Shown in pieces: positions 18,913-28,633 of a stretch of DNA of 33,517 bases. The notes under the pieces were generated by a model. It made no database searches. It was not told the origin of the DNA and was given only the letters and a program-made list of their open reading frames with translations. Made by a program: the position numbers and the translations under genes. Origin of the DNA: a virus (taxonomy: Duplodnaviria > Caudoviricetes); IMG/VR virus record IMGVR_UViG_3300032322_001962, positions 1 through 33,517 of that record. One strand, given 5' to 3'. Numbering within the stretch: the stretch's first letter is position 1; each line of letters opens with the position of its first letter.

Positions 18913-20171
18913 TATGAATCTGCCTTAGGTCTTAGAGCTTTGCTAAGGCTCTGTTTTTCTTTAACTGTTTTACCATTGATAACATTGGTTTTTTGATTAT
19001 TAATAAAGCCGGTTTTCTGTGTATATCTAGCTTCTTTCCCTTCAAACATATCACCGCTTTCTTGTACATCGTCGGCACCAAGATTACTCATAGTCATTCT
19101 AACTTGATCTTCGAATTTGATCCATCTCGTGCCGTTAAATCTAAACAGTCGCTTAGGAACGAAATCCAGTCTGAGACAAAACTGACCCTCTACTGGATTA
19201 GCCGGAAAGCCTGCACCTGCAGAGAATGGAGCACCGTTAGGAGGCAATCCGTCGCCTAGTAAGTAACTGTCGTACCCTTCGCTGGTAGGACTTTGTATCG
19301 ATGTTGATGCTGTAGATCCTACGTAAATCGGATCACCGTTTTCATCGAATATTAAATTACCGTACTCATCTGTGGCCTGTGTTTCTCTAGAGGCATCGAT
19401 CTGAGTGGTATCTACGCTGACTAATTCAGTTCGACCCTCATCATTTTTCTGGATATGATAATATTTGCTAGTATCATATCCGCTGCGAGGAGAATCTGAT
19501 TCTGCTTGATCAAGAACTGCCTGAGTGATCTGCATTTCTTTTTCATAGGTACTCATTATATCTCTGAGCGTTTGGTCGCTGCCTTCGCCTGCTAGTCCGT
19601 CTAATATATCTTTGAATTCTTGACTGTCAACCAACGGCTTACATTTAGCTCGATATAAATGCGGATACCAAGTTACAGAAAATCCTTCTGCTGCCCTTGA
19701 AATTTCTTCGATCACATAAAATCTTTTAAGAGCAAATTGAAAATCATTTAATGCGAATTGATCTTTTAGATGAGGTAATTCAATAACGTCACCTGCTATT
19801 AACTTTCTACCTATTTTTTCGACAGTGTCATTAATATGAAAACTTATAAAAATTGTATCGTTTTGTAAAAATAATCCAAACTGACTAAGGTTGAAATCCG
19901 TATCTTGTATATTATAAACACCTCTTAACACATAGATATCAGGATCGTACTTTCTGTCTCTGTTTTCTAAAAACAATAAATCCTGGATATTGCTTACACT
20001 GTTATTGGCGTAATCAGGTGTAGATGGTGTATCTTCGGTCGGAGTTCCTGGACCTATATATTTGTGTACAAAAACGTCAGTGCCGCCTACCTGAAACATT
20101 TCCCAGATATTTTTATCGATGAATTTGTAATCGTTGCCCTTTTCTGGGCGATAAAGCGAAAGTCTTGGCAT
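18912..20171 (-). CDS. gp14: Neck/head-closure protein (T4 gp14-like); start revised to ATG 20171
   Basis: DLLFLENRDRKY, LSQFGLFL.ND, GDVIELPHL; located between the gp13- and gp15-like genes; TAAATA 7 nt upstream. Confidence 0.7.
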   Translation of the reverse strand: MPRLSLYRPEKGNDYKFIDKNIWEMFQVGGTDVFVHKYIGPGTPTEDTPSTPDYANNSVSNIQDLLFLENRDRKYDPDIYVLRGVYNIQDTDFNLSQFGLFLQNDTIFISFHINDTVEKIGRKLIAGDVIELPHLKDQFALNDFQFALKRFYVIEEISRAAEGFSVTWYPHLYRAKCKPLVDSQEFKDILDGLAGEGSDQTLRDIMSTYEKEMQITQAVLDQAESDSPRSGYDTSKYYHIQKNDEGRTELVSVDTTQIDASRETQATDEYGNLIFDENGDPIYVGSTASTSIQSPTSEGYDSYLLGDGLPPNGAPFSAGAGFPANPVEGQFCLRLDFVPKRLFRFNGTRWIKFEDQVRMTMSNLGADDVQESGDMFEGKEARYTQKTGFINNQKTNVINGKTVKEKQSLSKALRPKADS

Positions 20172-20178
20172 AGTCTTA

Positions 20179-20199
20179 TATTTACCGCTACGATAAATA
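20179..20199. promoter_or_regulatory. Back-to-back late promoters for the gp14/gp15 and gp13 genes
   Basis: TAAATA at 20184-20179 (minus) and 20194-20199 (plus) within a 33-nt intergenic gap. Confidence 0.7.
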
Positions 20200-20204
20200 G
20201 TTGT

Positions 20205-20963
20205 ATGAGCCAAACTAACCAGATCAAACAGGGTGTCTACGATTACTGCAAAACTATGCTAGGCGATGGCATGATTGACGTTGAGCTAGATCCCGTCCAT
20301 TATGAAACTGCACTAAACAGAGCGTTATCTGTTTTTAGACAACGCAGCGATAACTCTGTAGAAGAGTCTTATATTTTTTTAAACTTACAGCCTGATGTAA
20401 ACGAATATATTTTACCGCAGGAAATACAACAAGTTAGACAGATTTTTCGCAGAAGTATAGGTTCAAGAACCGGGGGCGGCACAGGAGGAACTGTGTTTGA
20501 ACCTTTTAACCTAGCCTATGCAAATACCTATCTATTAAGCTCAACTAATATGGGCGGATTATTAACCTATGAGCTATTTGCAGGATATCAAGAGTTAGTG
20601 GGAAAAATGTTTGGAAGCTTTATTAATTTTACCTGGCATCCTGAAAGTCGTAAATTGGTAATACAACAACGTCCTAGAACAGAAGAAAGTGTTATGTTAC
20701 AGGCATATAATACCAAACCCGACACTACTATAATCCAGGATGTGTATTCTGGACAATGGATCAAGGATTACAGCCTTGCTAACTGCAAAATGATGCTAGG
20801 GCAGGCCCGCAGTAAATTTGGACAGATCGCCGGACCGCAAGGAGGCGGCCAGCTAAATGGTACTGCCTTAATATCCGAAGCCCAGCAAGAAATGGAAAAA
20901 CTTATCGATGATCTCATGAAACTGGTTCCTGGCGGTTCGGGCTATACATTCATCATAGGTTGA
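20205..20963 (+). CDS. gp13: Neck protein (T4 gp13-like); start revised to ATG 20205
   Basis: YCKTMLGDGMIDVEL...WIKDYSLANCKMMLGQARSKF...GPQGG.QLNG. Confidence 0.85.
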   Translation: MSQTNQIKQGVYDYCKTMLGDGMIDVELDPVHYETALNRALSVFRQRSDNSVEESYIFLNLQPDVNEYILPQEIQQVRQIFRRSIGSRTGGGTGGTVFEPFNLAYANTYLLSSTNMGGLLTYELFAGYQELVGKMFGSFINFTWHPESRKLVIQQRPRTEESVMLQAYNTKPDTTIIQDVYSGQWIKDYSLANCKMMLGQARSKFGQIAGPQGGGQLNGTALISEAQQEMEKLIDDLMKLVPGGSGYTFIIG

Positions 20964-20989
20964 CCTTGCTACATTAGATCTGTTATAAT
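20960..20989 (+). promoter_or_regulatory. Sigma70-type (early/middle) promoter
   Basis: TTGACC (20960-20965), 18-nt spacer, TATAAT (20984-20989) with extended -10 TGn; GGAGG at 21000-21004. Confidence 0.7.
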
Positions 20990-21009
20990 GTCTTTAATTG
21001 GAGGACATT

Positions 21010-21696
21010 ATGATTATTGGAATTTGCGGGTTCATCGGTTCGGGTAAAGATACTATCGCGGACTATTTGGTAAATTTTCACGAGTTTAGAAGAGAGAGTT
21101 TTGCGTCGACTCTTAAAGATGCTGTAAGCGCGGTGTTTGGATGGGACCGGACACTGTTAGAAGGACGTACAAAAGAAGCTCGTGAATGGCGTGAACAAAT
21201 AGATCCGTGGTGGGCTGATCGTCTTGATATGCCCACACTAACTCCCCGCTGGGTTTTACAGTATTGGGGAACAGAAGTATGCCGCAAAAGCTTCCACGAT
21301 GACATATGGATCGCCAGCTTAGAGAATAAGTTGCGTAATTCTAAAGACAGTGTAGTAATTTCCGATTGTCGCTTTCCTAACGAGATACAAAGTATAAGAA
21401 ATGCTGGAGGTATAATTATATGGGTCAAGCGAGGCGATCTGCCAGATTGGTACGATCTGGCTTTAGAGGCAAACAAAGGACACAATTGGGCTTTCCAAGA
21501 ATTGAAAATGCGAAAAGTACACGCATCAGAAACTTCTTGGGTTGGCACTGAATTCGATGCGATCATAGAGAATAATTCTAGCATCGACGATCTGTATAAA
21601 CAGATTCGATCAATTATCAGCGATAAGGTCTCCCTGTCTCCAAGTAATTCCCTCCTTACCGAGTATCTGCGCACAGTTGGCACAGACTGTTTTTAA
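21010..21696 (+). CDS. Deoxynucleoside monophosphate kinase (T4 gp1-like)
   Basis: IIGICGFIGSGKDT P-loop, SFA..LK, TPRWVLQYWGTE, VISDCRFPNE, HASE; strong Shine-Dalgarno before ATG 21010. Confidence 0.92.
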   Translation: MIIGICGFIGSGKDTIADYLVNFHEFRRESFASTLKDAVSAVFGWDRTLLEGRTKEAREWREQIDPWWADRLDMPTLTPRWVLQYWGTEVCRKSFHDDIWIASLENKLRNSKDSVVISDCRFPNEIQSIRNAGGIIIWVKRGDLPDWYDLALEANKGHNWAFQELKMRKVHASETSWVGTEFDAIIENNSSIDDLYKQIRSIISDKVSLSPSNSLLTEYLRTVGTDCF

Positions 21697-21945
21697 ATTA
21701 CTGTAACGACAGTTATCCAAATTGCCGTCGATGTGAAATACTCTGAAAACCTCTCGGTGCGGAGATTTAAATCCGCACTTTTCGCACTGCTGTTTCATCT
21801 TGTAGCCTGATCTAAACCACCGCGGAATACCGTGATAGACTCCGTTGGTTAAGCATATTTCACACAAACTTCGATAGTAGACCCTGCCGTTTTTTTTATA
21901 ATTAACAGCTCGGGGTCTATATCCGCATTTACATAATGGTCTCAT
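21610..21945 (-). CDS. Zn-finger HNH endonuclease-like protein; start revised to ATG 21945
   Basis: CxC, CxxC, CEKCG...VFHIDGNLDNC..SNLKTVCANC; TAAATA 5 nt upstream. Confidence 0.75.
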   Translation of the reverse strand: MRPLCKCGYRPRAVNYKKNGRVYYRSLCEICLTNGVYHGIPRWFRSGYKMKQQCEKCGFKSPHREVFRVFHIDGNLDNCRYSNLKTVCANCAQILGKEGITWRQGDLIADN

Positions 21946-22012
21946 AAAAATATTTACACCTTTTTTGCCCCTTTTTACCTGACCTAAACAGGCCAAAATT
22001 ATAAAATGGTGC

Positions 22013-22045
22013 TAAATACTTTGACATAAGATTAACCCCAGGAGA
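22013..22045 (+). promoter_or_regulatory. Late promoter plus Shine-Dalgarno for the tail sheath gene
   Basis: TAAATA at 22013-22018; AGGAGA at 22040-22045. Confidence 0.6.
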
Positions 22046-22052
22046 TATCCGA

Positions 22053-25000
22053 ATGGCACTAACATCACCAGGCGTACAAGTTACGGTTATTGACGAGAGT
22101 TTTTATACACCTGCAGAACCAGGTACAACTCCTTTAATTGTAATTGCTACGGCAGAGAATAAATTAAATGCAGCCGGAACAGCGACCGCTGCTGCAACAA
22201 CACAAGCAAATGCAGGAAAAGCATTTAAAGTAACCAGCCAGAGAGATCTAGTTGAAAATTTTGGTGTACCTTTCTTTGAAAAGACAGCAAGCTCTGCACC
22301 AATACACGGATCCGAAAGAAACGAATACGGATTACTTGCTGCGTACAGCTATCTAGGAGCTTCTAATTCAGCATTTATCGTAAGAGCAAACATCGACCTC
22401 GATGAGTTAGAAGGTGCATCAACAGCCCCGGGAGCAGAACCAGCAGATGGAAAGTGGTGGGTAGATACACAAGCAACAACCTGTGGTATCCAAGAGTGGA
22501 ACGGTGCTGCTGCAACAGTAACTGGTGGCCAGAAGTTTACCAATAAAATACCATTAGTGTTTACCAACGACGAGGTTGATCAACTCGACAGCAACGGACC
22601 TAAGACATCTGTAGGTGCTATCGGAGACTATGCAGTAGTGTTTGAAACTATCGGCGACGACGGCACTTATACAACAAAGTCTGTAGGTAGCTTCGGAGAC
22701 AAAGAGCCAGCAAGAATTTGGTACAAGTCACCAGGCGGCACATATTCCGGTGGAACTTTAATTGCAGCAGGTGATTGGGTACTAGTTGGCAGTCCAGAAT
22801 GGAAAGCTAGTTGGGCCGCTGTTTCTGGTACAGCAGTTAACACTACATTAACTACAGGTCAAACTTTTGTTATTAACGGAGTATCTGTAGCTATTGGTGC
22901 AGGTGGCAACACTAATGCTAAGTTGACAGCAACCGCTACAACTATTAATACAGATCCTACTTTATCAGGACAAGGTATCAGCGCCAAGAGAGTTGGATCA
23001 GCTCTTTACATCTATTCAGATGGATCAGCAACATTTGACGCAGGCGGTGATTCTACTCAAACCGGAGTTGTAGAAATCCAAGCAGGTACAGGTGGTTCCG
23101 CATTATTAACCGCTCTAGGATATAGTGCTAAAGAATACTATCCTCCAAGACTACAAATCAGTCCACATACAATAGTGCCTCAATGGAAAACAGCCAGCGA
23201 TGAACCAAGACCAAGCGGTTCTGTTTGGATCAAGACCACTGAGCCAGCCAACGGAGCACGTTGGAGAGTAAAGCGTTGGAGCTCTGCTACTAAAACATGG
23301 CAAGCTATTTCAGCACCGCTTTATGCCACAGGCCATGCAGCACTTTATTACCTAGACAGATCTGGCGGAGGTGTAAATCTAGCCAAAGACGATGTATACG
23401 TACAATTTAATTGCGATGAAACAGCTACAGCAGCAACACCTGCAGTGGCGAAATTCAGAGTATTCCATAGAAAAGCCACAGGAAATACAGAAATTGTTTC
23501 CTCAGTAATTACTAGCTCAACATTCAGTGCCGGTAGCAAAGGCTTTACAATGAAACAATCTCGTACAGGAAGCCTTACACTAGACTCTGTTTCGGTATCG
23601 TTCACTGCCACAGCAGATTCTACAGATGTAGAATTAATTGCTACTGCTATTAATGGTGCAGACTTTGGTGTAGATTCAAATGGCGATCAAATTACAAATC
23701 TTATCGAAGCCAGCGTTACTTCGGACAATGAATTGAAAATTGTTCATAAGAAAGGCGGAGAAATTAGATTTATCGACGGTAGCGGAACTCCTATCGCATT
23801 GCTATTCGCTGACTATAACCTAGACACAGGTGCAGGTACAGCTAATTTCTATGCATTGCCAGACGATGCTGTCGAAGAATATGTAGCTTCTAATTGGGAA
23901 CCTCTAGCAGCAGAAGATTTTGCAGCCAGCGGAGATGCACCATTAGACGAGCCAGAAGACGGAAGATTGTGGTACAATCCAGACTTCGGCGATGTTGATA
24001 TGATGTACCATAATGGTACAACTTGGGTAGGATATAGAGATGCATCAGCATACCCTAATTCAGATCCTAACGGTCCACAAGTAGGTGCTACTGAACCTAC
24101 TACACAAAGCGACGGTACTCCTTTAGTTGATGGTGATCTTTGGATTAGCACAGCCGACTTAGAAAATTTCCCAACTATCTATCGTTGGGATGCTGTAGCA
24201 GATCTAGAATGGAAATTGGTCGATAAAACAGATCAGCAAACTGAAGAAGGTGTGTTATTCTCAGATGCTAGATACGGAACCAGTGGAGCTACAGGAAACA
24301 CCGCTGCTACTATCAAAGCATTGCTAACAAACAATTACCTAGATCCGGATGCACCAGATCCAGATTTATATCCACGTGGTATGATGCTTTACAATACACG
24401 CAGAAGCGGTGGTAATGTAAAACGTTACGAAAACAGCTATATCAATACTGCCGAAGATAACGGAAGATACAACGACGAGTCTATGTCAGCATATGCTACT
24501 GATCGTTGGGTAACAGCTTCTGCTAATAACGAAGACGGCTCAGGTAGCTTCGGACGCAAAGCACAACGTAAAGTTGTAGTTTCAGCTCTTAAGAGTGTTA
24601 TTGACACCAGCGAAGAGATTCGTGACGAAGAGCGTCGTAACTTTAACTTAATCGCTGCTCCTGGATATCCAGAAGTTCTAAGCAATTTAGTTAATCTAAA
24701 TATCGATAGAGGCATTACTGCGTTCGTAGTCGGCGACACCCCACTACGTCTAGCATCAGATGCAACTACATTAACAAATTGGGGTACTAATGCAGTATTA
24801 GTAACTGACAACGGTGACGAAGGTATTGTTACCTACGACGAGTATTGTGCAGTTTATTATCCAAACGGATTCACTACAGATTTAAGTGGTGCTAATGCTG
24901 TTGTGCCAGCAAGTCATATGATGTTAAGAACAATCGCTCTAAGCGATGCTGTTAGCTATCCTTGGTTTGCACCGGCAGGTACAAGAAGAGGTGGTATCAC

Positions 25001-25487
25001 AAATGCTACCAGCGTAGGATACATTGATGCAGCTACAGGAGAATTCCAAACAGTTGCGCTCAATGAAGGTCAACGAGACACACTTTACGATTTAAAGATC
25101 AATCCAATTCCTTTCTTCGTAGGTGTTGGTCACGTTGCATACGGTCAAAAAACTCGTGCAAGAAATGCTTCTGCATTAGACAGAATCAATGTAGCACGTT
25201 TAACAGTTTATCTACGTAGTCAGCTTAATAAGTTAGCTAGACCGTATATTTTTGAACCAAACGACAAAATCACTAGAGATGAAATCAAACAAGCCTGTGA
25301 AAGCTTACTGCTTGAACTAGTTAGTTTGAGAGCATTATACGACTTTGCTGTTGTTTGTGATGAGTCTAACAATACCGATTCTAGAATTGATCGCAATGAG
25401 CTATGGGTAGACATTGCTATCGAACCAGTTAAGGCTGTTGAATTCATCTACATCCCACTGCGTATCAAGAATACTGGTGAGATTTAA
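22053..25487 (+). CDS. gp18: Tail sheath protein (T4 gp18-like), enlarged
   Basis: N-terminal LTSPGVQVTVIDES; C-terminal PWFAPAGTRRG, LYDLKINPI, ALDRINVARL, FEPNDKITR, IEPVKAVEFIYI. Confidence 0.95.
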   Translation: MALTSPGVQVTVIDESFYTPAEPGTTPLIVIATAENKLNAAGTATAAATTQANAGKAFKVTSQRDLVENFGVPFFEKTASSAPIHGSERNEYGLLAAYSYLGASNSAFIVRANIDLDELEGASTAPGAEPADGKWWVDTQATTCGIQEWNGAAATVTGGQKFTNKIPLVFTNDEVDQLDSNGPKTSVGAIGDYAVVFETIGDDGTYTTKSVGSFGDKEPARIWYKSPGGTYSGGTLIAAGDWVLVGSPEWKASWAAVSGTAVNTTLTTGQTFVINGVSVAIGAGGNTNAKLTATATTINTDPTLSGQGISAKRVGSALYIYSDGSATFDAGGDSTQTGVVEIQAGTGGSALLTALGYSAKEYYPPRLQISPHTIVPQWKTASDEPRPSGSVWIKTTEPANGARWRVKRWSSATKTWQAISAPLYATGHAALYYLDRSGGGVNLAKDDVYVQFNCDETATAATPAVAKFRVFHRKATGNTEIVSSVITSSTFSAGSKGFTMKQSRTGSLTLDSVSVSFTATADSTDVELIATAINGADFGVDSNGDQITNLIEASVTSDNELKIVHKKGGEIRFIDGSGTPIALLFADYNLDTGAGTANFYALPDDAVEEYVASNWEPLAAEDFAASGDAPLDEPEDGRLWYNPDFGDVDMMYHNGTTWVGYRDASAYPNSDPNGPQVGATEPTTQSDGTPLVDGDLWISTADLENFPTIYRWDAVADLEWKLVDKTDQQTEEGVLFSDARYGTSGATGNTAATIKALLTNNYLDPDAPDPDLYPRGMMLYNTRRSGGNVKRYENSYINTAEDNGRYNDESMSAYATDRWVTASANNEDGSGSFGRKAQRKVVVSALKSVIDTSEEIRDEERRNFNLIAAPGYPEVLSNLVNLNIDRGITAFVVGDTPLRLASDATTLTNWGTNAVLVTDNGDEGIVTYDEYCAVYYPNGFTTDLSGANAVVPASHMMLRTIALSDAVSYPWFAPAGTRRGGITNATSVGYIDAATGEFQTVALNEGQRDTLYDLKINPIPFFVGVGHVAYGQKTRARNASALDRINVARLTVYLRSQLNKLARPYIFEPNDKITRDEIKQACESLLLELVSLRALYDFAVVCDESNNTDSRIDRNELWVDIAIEPVKAVEFIYIPLRIKNTGEI

Positions 25488-25516
25488 TAGATAAATACAA
25501 TATCGGAGCATAGAAT

Positions 25517-26149
25517 ATGGCAATCACAACATTAAACAATATGTCAATTCAGACTGCAGGTCCTGGTAGTAACCAAGGTCTGTTAATGCCTAAGCTGAAA
25601 TATCGCTTTAGAGTATTATTTCTGGGATTTGGCACTACAGCAAGCACTGAACTAACTAAGCAGGTAGTAGATGTGAGTCGTCCAAAGGTAGGATTTGAAG
25701 AAATCGAACTACCTGTATACAACTCAAAAGTCTATATGGCAGGAAAATACACATTAGAGCCTGTGACGATTAACGTTAGAGATGATGCAAGTAATAACGT
25801 CATCAAGTTAGTTGGTCAACAGATTCAGAAACAGTTTGATTTCTTTGAACAAAGTTCGGCACGTTCTGGCATCGACTATAAATTCACAACCAAAGTTGAA
25901 ATTTTAGATGGCGGCAATGGAGCTAACGAACCTTCTATCTTAGAAACTTTTGAACTATATGGATGCTTCTTGCAAAACGCAGACTACGGTGATTTGAATT
26001 ACGGTACTAACGAAGCTGCGCAGATCGCGTTAACTATCCGTTTTGATAACTTAATCCAGACACCAAGAGGAACTGGTGTAGGAACAGCAGTAGCAAGACA
26101 GACAGCTACAGCAGCAGCCACCGGCGGTTCGCAGATATTTACTTTATAA
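25517..26149 (+). CDS. gp19: Tail tube protein (T4 gp19-like)
   Basis: Follows the sheath gene; PKLKYRFRV, YMAGK...V.INVRDD, FELYGCF....YG.LNY; TAAATA at 25492-25497 and GGAG Shine-Dalgarno. Confidence 0.85.
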   Translation: MAITTLNNMSIQTAGPGSNQGLLMPKLKYRFRVLFLGFGTTASTELTKQVVDVSRPKVGFEEIELPVYNSKVYMAGKYTLEPVTINVRDDASNNVIKLVGQQIQKQFDFFEQSSARSGIDYKFTTKVEILDGGNGANEPSILETFELYGCFLQNADYGDLNYGTNEAAQIALTIRFDNLIQTPRGTGVGTAVARQTATAAATGGSQIFTL

Positions 26150-26164
26150 AATATCTAGATCGAC

Positions 26165-26192
26165 AAAAGCCCGGAATTTCCGGGCTTTTTTT
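26165..26192 (+). terminator. Rho-independent terminator, possibly bidirectional
   Basis: AAAAGCCCGGA-ATT-TCCGGGCTTTT followed by TTT. Confidence 0.85.
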
Positions 26193-26208
26193 ATGACATA
26201 AATATTGT

Positions 26209-27315
26209 ATGGCTAATAAATTCATCAGATATCTCACAGGCGACGGACCAAATAATTTTGCCGGAAACTTTGTCAACGGTCTTCTAGCCCCAAAAGGTAT
26301 AATGGGGAACTGGCAACACGCTACGCGAGTATTTGTTGACAATACTTTCAGACTTAGTCCTCGAACTAAATTTTTATTCTATGTTCAGTTTGAAATAGAT
26401 AAAACAAGTTTCCAGGCTCCGGCGTTTACTAATAGGCATACTGAAGAATTAGGAGTGTTGGTAAAATCTGCAGACCTTCCTAAATTTAATTTCGACACCG
26501 AGATTAAAAATCAATATAACAGAAAAAAAATATTATACAAACAGATAAATTATGAACCAGTTAACATAACATTCCACGACGATACACAAGGAATAGTTAA
26601 CGCTTTGTGGGCCATATATTACGGAACATATATACAGGATCGACACAATCCACAATCGGCCTACTCCGCACTACATTACAGACCTTCTGGTGCCGAATCG
26701 CTAGACAATTTTAGATATGGTTTAGATGCTAACAAAGTGAGCGATATTTTTAAATCTATCAGCATCTATACAATGAGCAGAAGTAGATTCAACGGATACA
26801 CTCTTGTAAACCCTAGAATAAAAACTTGGAATCATAATAATGTTGATTATGCCGCCAACGAAACATTAGATAGTACTATGAGCCTTGAGTACGAAGCTGT
26901 GTATTATACACACGGAACTGTCAGTGAAGGTAATCCCAAGGGGTTTGCTACATTACATTACGATAAATTACCATCACCGTTAACTGTTGCAGGCGGCGGC
27001 ACAGCTACATTAACAGGAGAAGGGGGTGTGTTAGCCGGATTAGAATCTGTCTTTGGATCTATCGGTAGCGGAAAAGCTTTTGGAAGTTTTGGAGGTTTTT
27101 TAGGAACAGCTATAGCTGGTATTAACACTGCAAAAAATATTGGACAATTAAGCAAAGAAGGATTAAAACAGGAAGCTATCAATATCATCAGTTCTCCTCA
27201 GGGACTTAGCACAATAGGTGGAGTTATAGGAGCAGTGTTTCCTAAAAATCAAACCAGTAACTCTACTACAGAAGCATCGCAAAAAAGTTTAACTAATCCT
27301 CCACCAACTATATGA
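26209..27315 (+). CDS. Tail-tube-like protein (baseplate tube initiator/gp54-like)
   Basis: VKSADLPKF....KNQYNRK....INYEPVNITFHDD...TLVNP.I....H...Y resembles the tube fold; Gly-rich C-terminal tail. Confidence 0.65.
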   Translation: MANKFIRYLTGDGPNNFAGNFVNGLLAPKGIMGNWQHATRVFVDNTFRLSPRTKFLFYVQFEIDKTSFQAPAFTNRHTEELGVLVKSADLPKFNFDTEIKNQYNRKKILYKQINYEPVNITFHDDTQGIVNALWAIYYGTYIQDRHNPQSAYSALHYRPSGAESLDNFRYGLDANKVSDIFKSISIYTMSRSRFNGYTLVNPRIKTWNHNNVDYAANETLDSTMSLEYEAVYYTHGTVSEGNPKGFATLHYDKLPSPLTVAGGGTATLTGEGGVLAGLESVFGSIGSGKAFGSFGGFLGTAIAGINTAKNIGQLSKEGLKQEAINIISSPQGLSTIGGVIGAVFPKNQTSNSTTEASQKSLTNPPPTI

Positions 27316-27695
27316 CCGAAAAAACTATTAAAACTAACCTACCGATACCTAACGTATCAGATAGCGCAGAAGCGACAAAATTATTTTTTGATTCTTACGG
27401 ACAACAACCTTTAGAATTTTTAGCTGCAGAAGTAGATGCGGCTATTGGTTTTTTTGAATCTAGAGGATTTGACAAAGATGCAGGCACAGTTTCTGCAGCA
27501 GTGCTATTAAAACAGGCCAAGCTAGACGGGATACCTATATTCAAATTATTAGATCAGATGAAGACCTTAACAGGAACTCAGATCAATATCTTAGTAGGTG
27601 AAATTTTAAACAATAATAGAACAATAACATCAACCTTAGGTTTTAAAACTTCTCAAGTAGTTAAAGAATCTCAGGTTAGAAATATTTCAGCCTAA
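27312..27695 (+). CDS. Conserved hypothetical protein
   Basis: 127 aa; coupled to both neighbours (ATGA and TAATG overlaps). Confidence 0.65.
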   Translation: MTEKTIKTNLPIPNVSDSAEATKLFFDSYGQQPLEFLAAEVDAAIGFFESRGFDKDAGTVSAAVLLKQAKLDGIPIFKLLDQMKTLTGTQINILVGEILNNNRTITSTLGFKTSQVVKESQVRNISA

Positions 27696-28135
27696 TGCCA
27701 AAATTTGCACAAAGTCGTTTCGAGATGAAAAATCCCGAAAAGTATGTAGGGAAAAAAACACCGTTGGCTAGATCTAGCTGGGAATTTGTTTTTATGAGAA
27801 TGCTAGACGAGCACACGGGCGTTGAAAAATGGGCCAGCGAAAGTATACAGATTCCTTATAGAGATCCTTTTACAGGAAAACATACCATTTACGTGCCTGA
27901 TTTTTTTATTGTCTACGTAGACAAAAACGGCGGCAAACACGCAGAAGTGGTAGAAGTAAAACCCAGTAATCATACATTAAGAGAATACGTAGGAAAAAGT
28001 AGATATAATCAAGAGCAGTATGTTAAAAATCTAGCTAAATGGGAAGCAGCTACGGCTTGGTGCAAACAACAAGGTATACGATTTCGAGTTATAAACGAAG
28101 GTGACATTTTCCATCAAGGCAAAAAACGAAGATAA
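27695..28135 (+). CDS. gp4: Head completion nuclease (T4 gp4-like, TnsA-like PD-(D/E)xK)
   Basis: KNPEKYVG, RSSWE, WASE.I.IPY, YVPDF, EVKP, KWEAA..WC. Confidence 0.9.
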   Translation: MPKFAQSRFEMKNPEKYVGKKTPLARSSWEFVFMRMLDEHTGVEKWASESIQIPYRDPFTGKHTIYVPDFFIVYVDKNGGKHAEVVEVKPSNHTLREYVGKSRYNQEQYVKNLAKWEAATAWCKQQGIRFRVINEGDIFHQGKKRR

Positions 28136-28142
28136 GTACTGT

Positions 28143-28625
28143 ATGACTAAAAAACTTGAAGAGCTGTTTAACTTAGAAGATTCTAAAAAAGGAACTTCAA
28201 AAAAAACAGATGAAAAGAAAATTAATCACGAAGAAGTAACTAATCTTGATAAGAGTTATCAGGCTGTTGCAGCCATCACTAAAGATTTACCTCAGATCAA
28301 AGACCTAGAAACTTTAGAAGAAAAAGATTTAGATGATCTAGCTAAAAAAGCTGAAAACGCCTATGACGATCTAATGGATCTCGGAATGAATGTCGAAGTA
28401 CGTTACGCTAGTAGAATTTTTGAAGTAGCGGGCACTATGATGAAAAATGCTATCGATGCTAAAAGCGCAAAGATAGACAAAAAATTAAAAGCTATCGATC
28501 TTCAGCTTAAAAAATATAAAATAGACAAGGATGCAGCCGAAGATCCTAATGATATTATTAACGGGCAGGGTTACGTGATTACTGATCGTAACGAGCTGCT
28601 TAAAAAATTAGGCGGAAAAGCATAA
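28143..28625 (+). CDS. Putative terminase small subunit (gp16-like); start revised to ATG 28143
   Basis: Helical core RIFEVAGTMMKNAIDA resembles the RxYEVxxxLxK motif of T4-like gp16; C-terminal ELLKKL; TAAGTA 4 nt upstream. Confidence 0.5.
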   Translation: MTKKLEELFNLEDSKKGTSKKTDEKKINHEEVTNLDKSYQAVAAITKDLPQIKDLETLEEKDLDDLAKKAENAYDDLMDLGMNVEVRYASRIFEVAGTMMKNAIDAKSAKIDKKLKAIDLQLKKYKIDKDAAEDPNDIINGQGYVITDRNELLKKLGGKA

Positions 28626-28633
28626 ATAATACT

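Noticed and set aside
21078-21683. 201-aa antisense ORF over the dNMP kinase
   Set aside because: Fully shadows a well-conserved gene and has no recognisable motifs
22021-22050. TTGACA before the sheath gene as a sigma70 -35 element
   Set aside because: No matching -10 at proper spacing; the upstream TAAATA explains expression better
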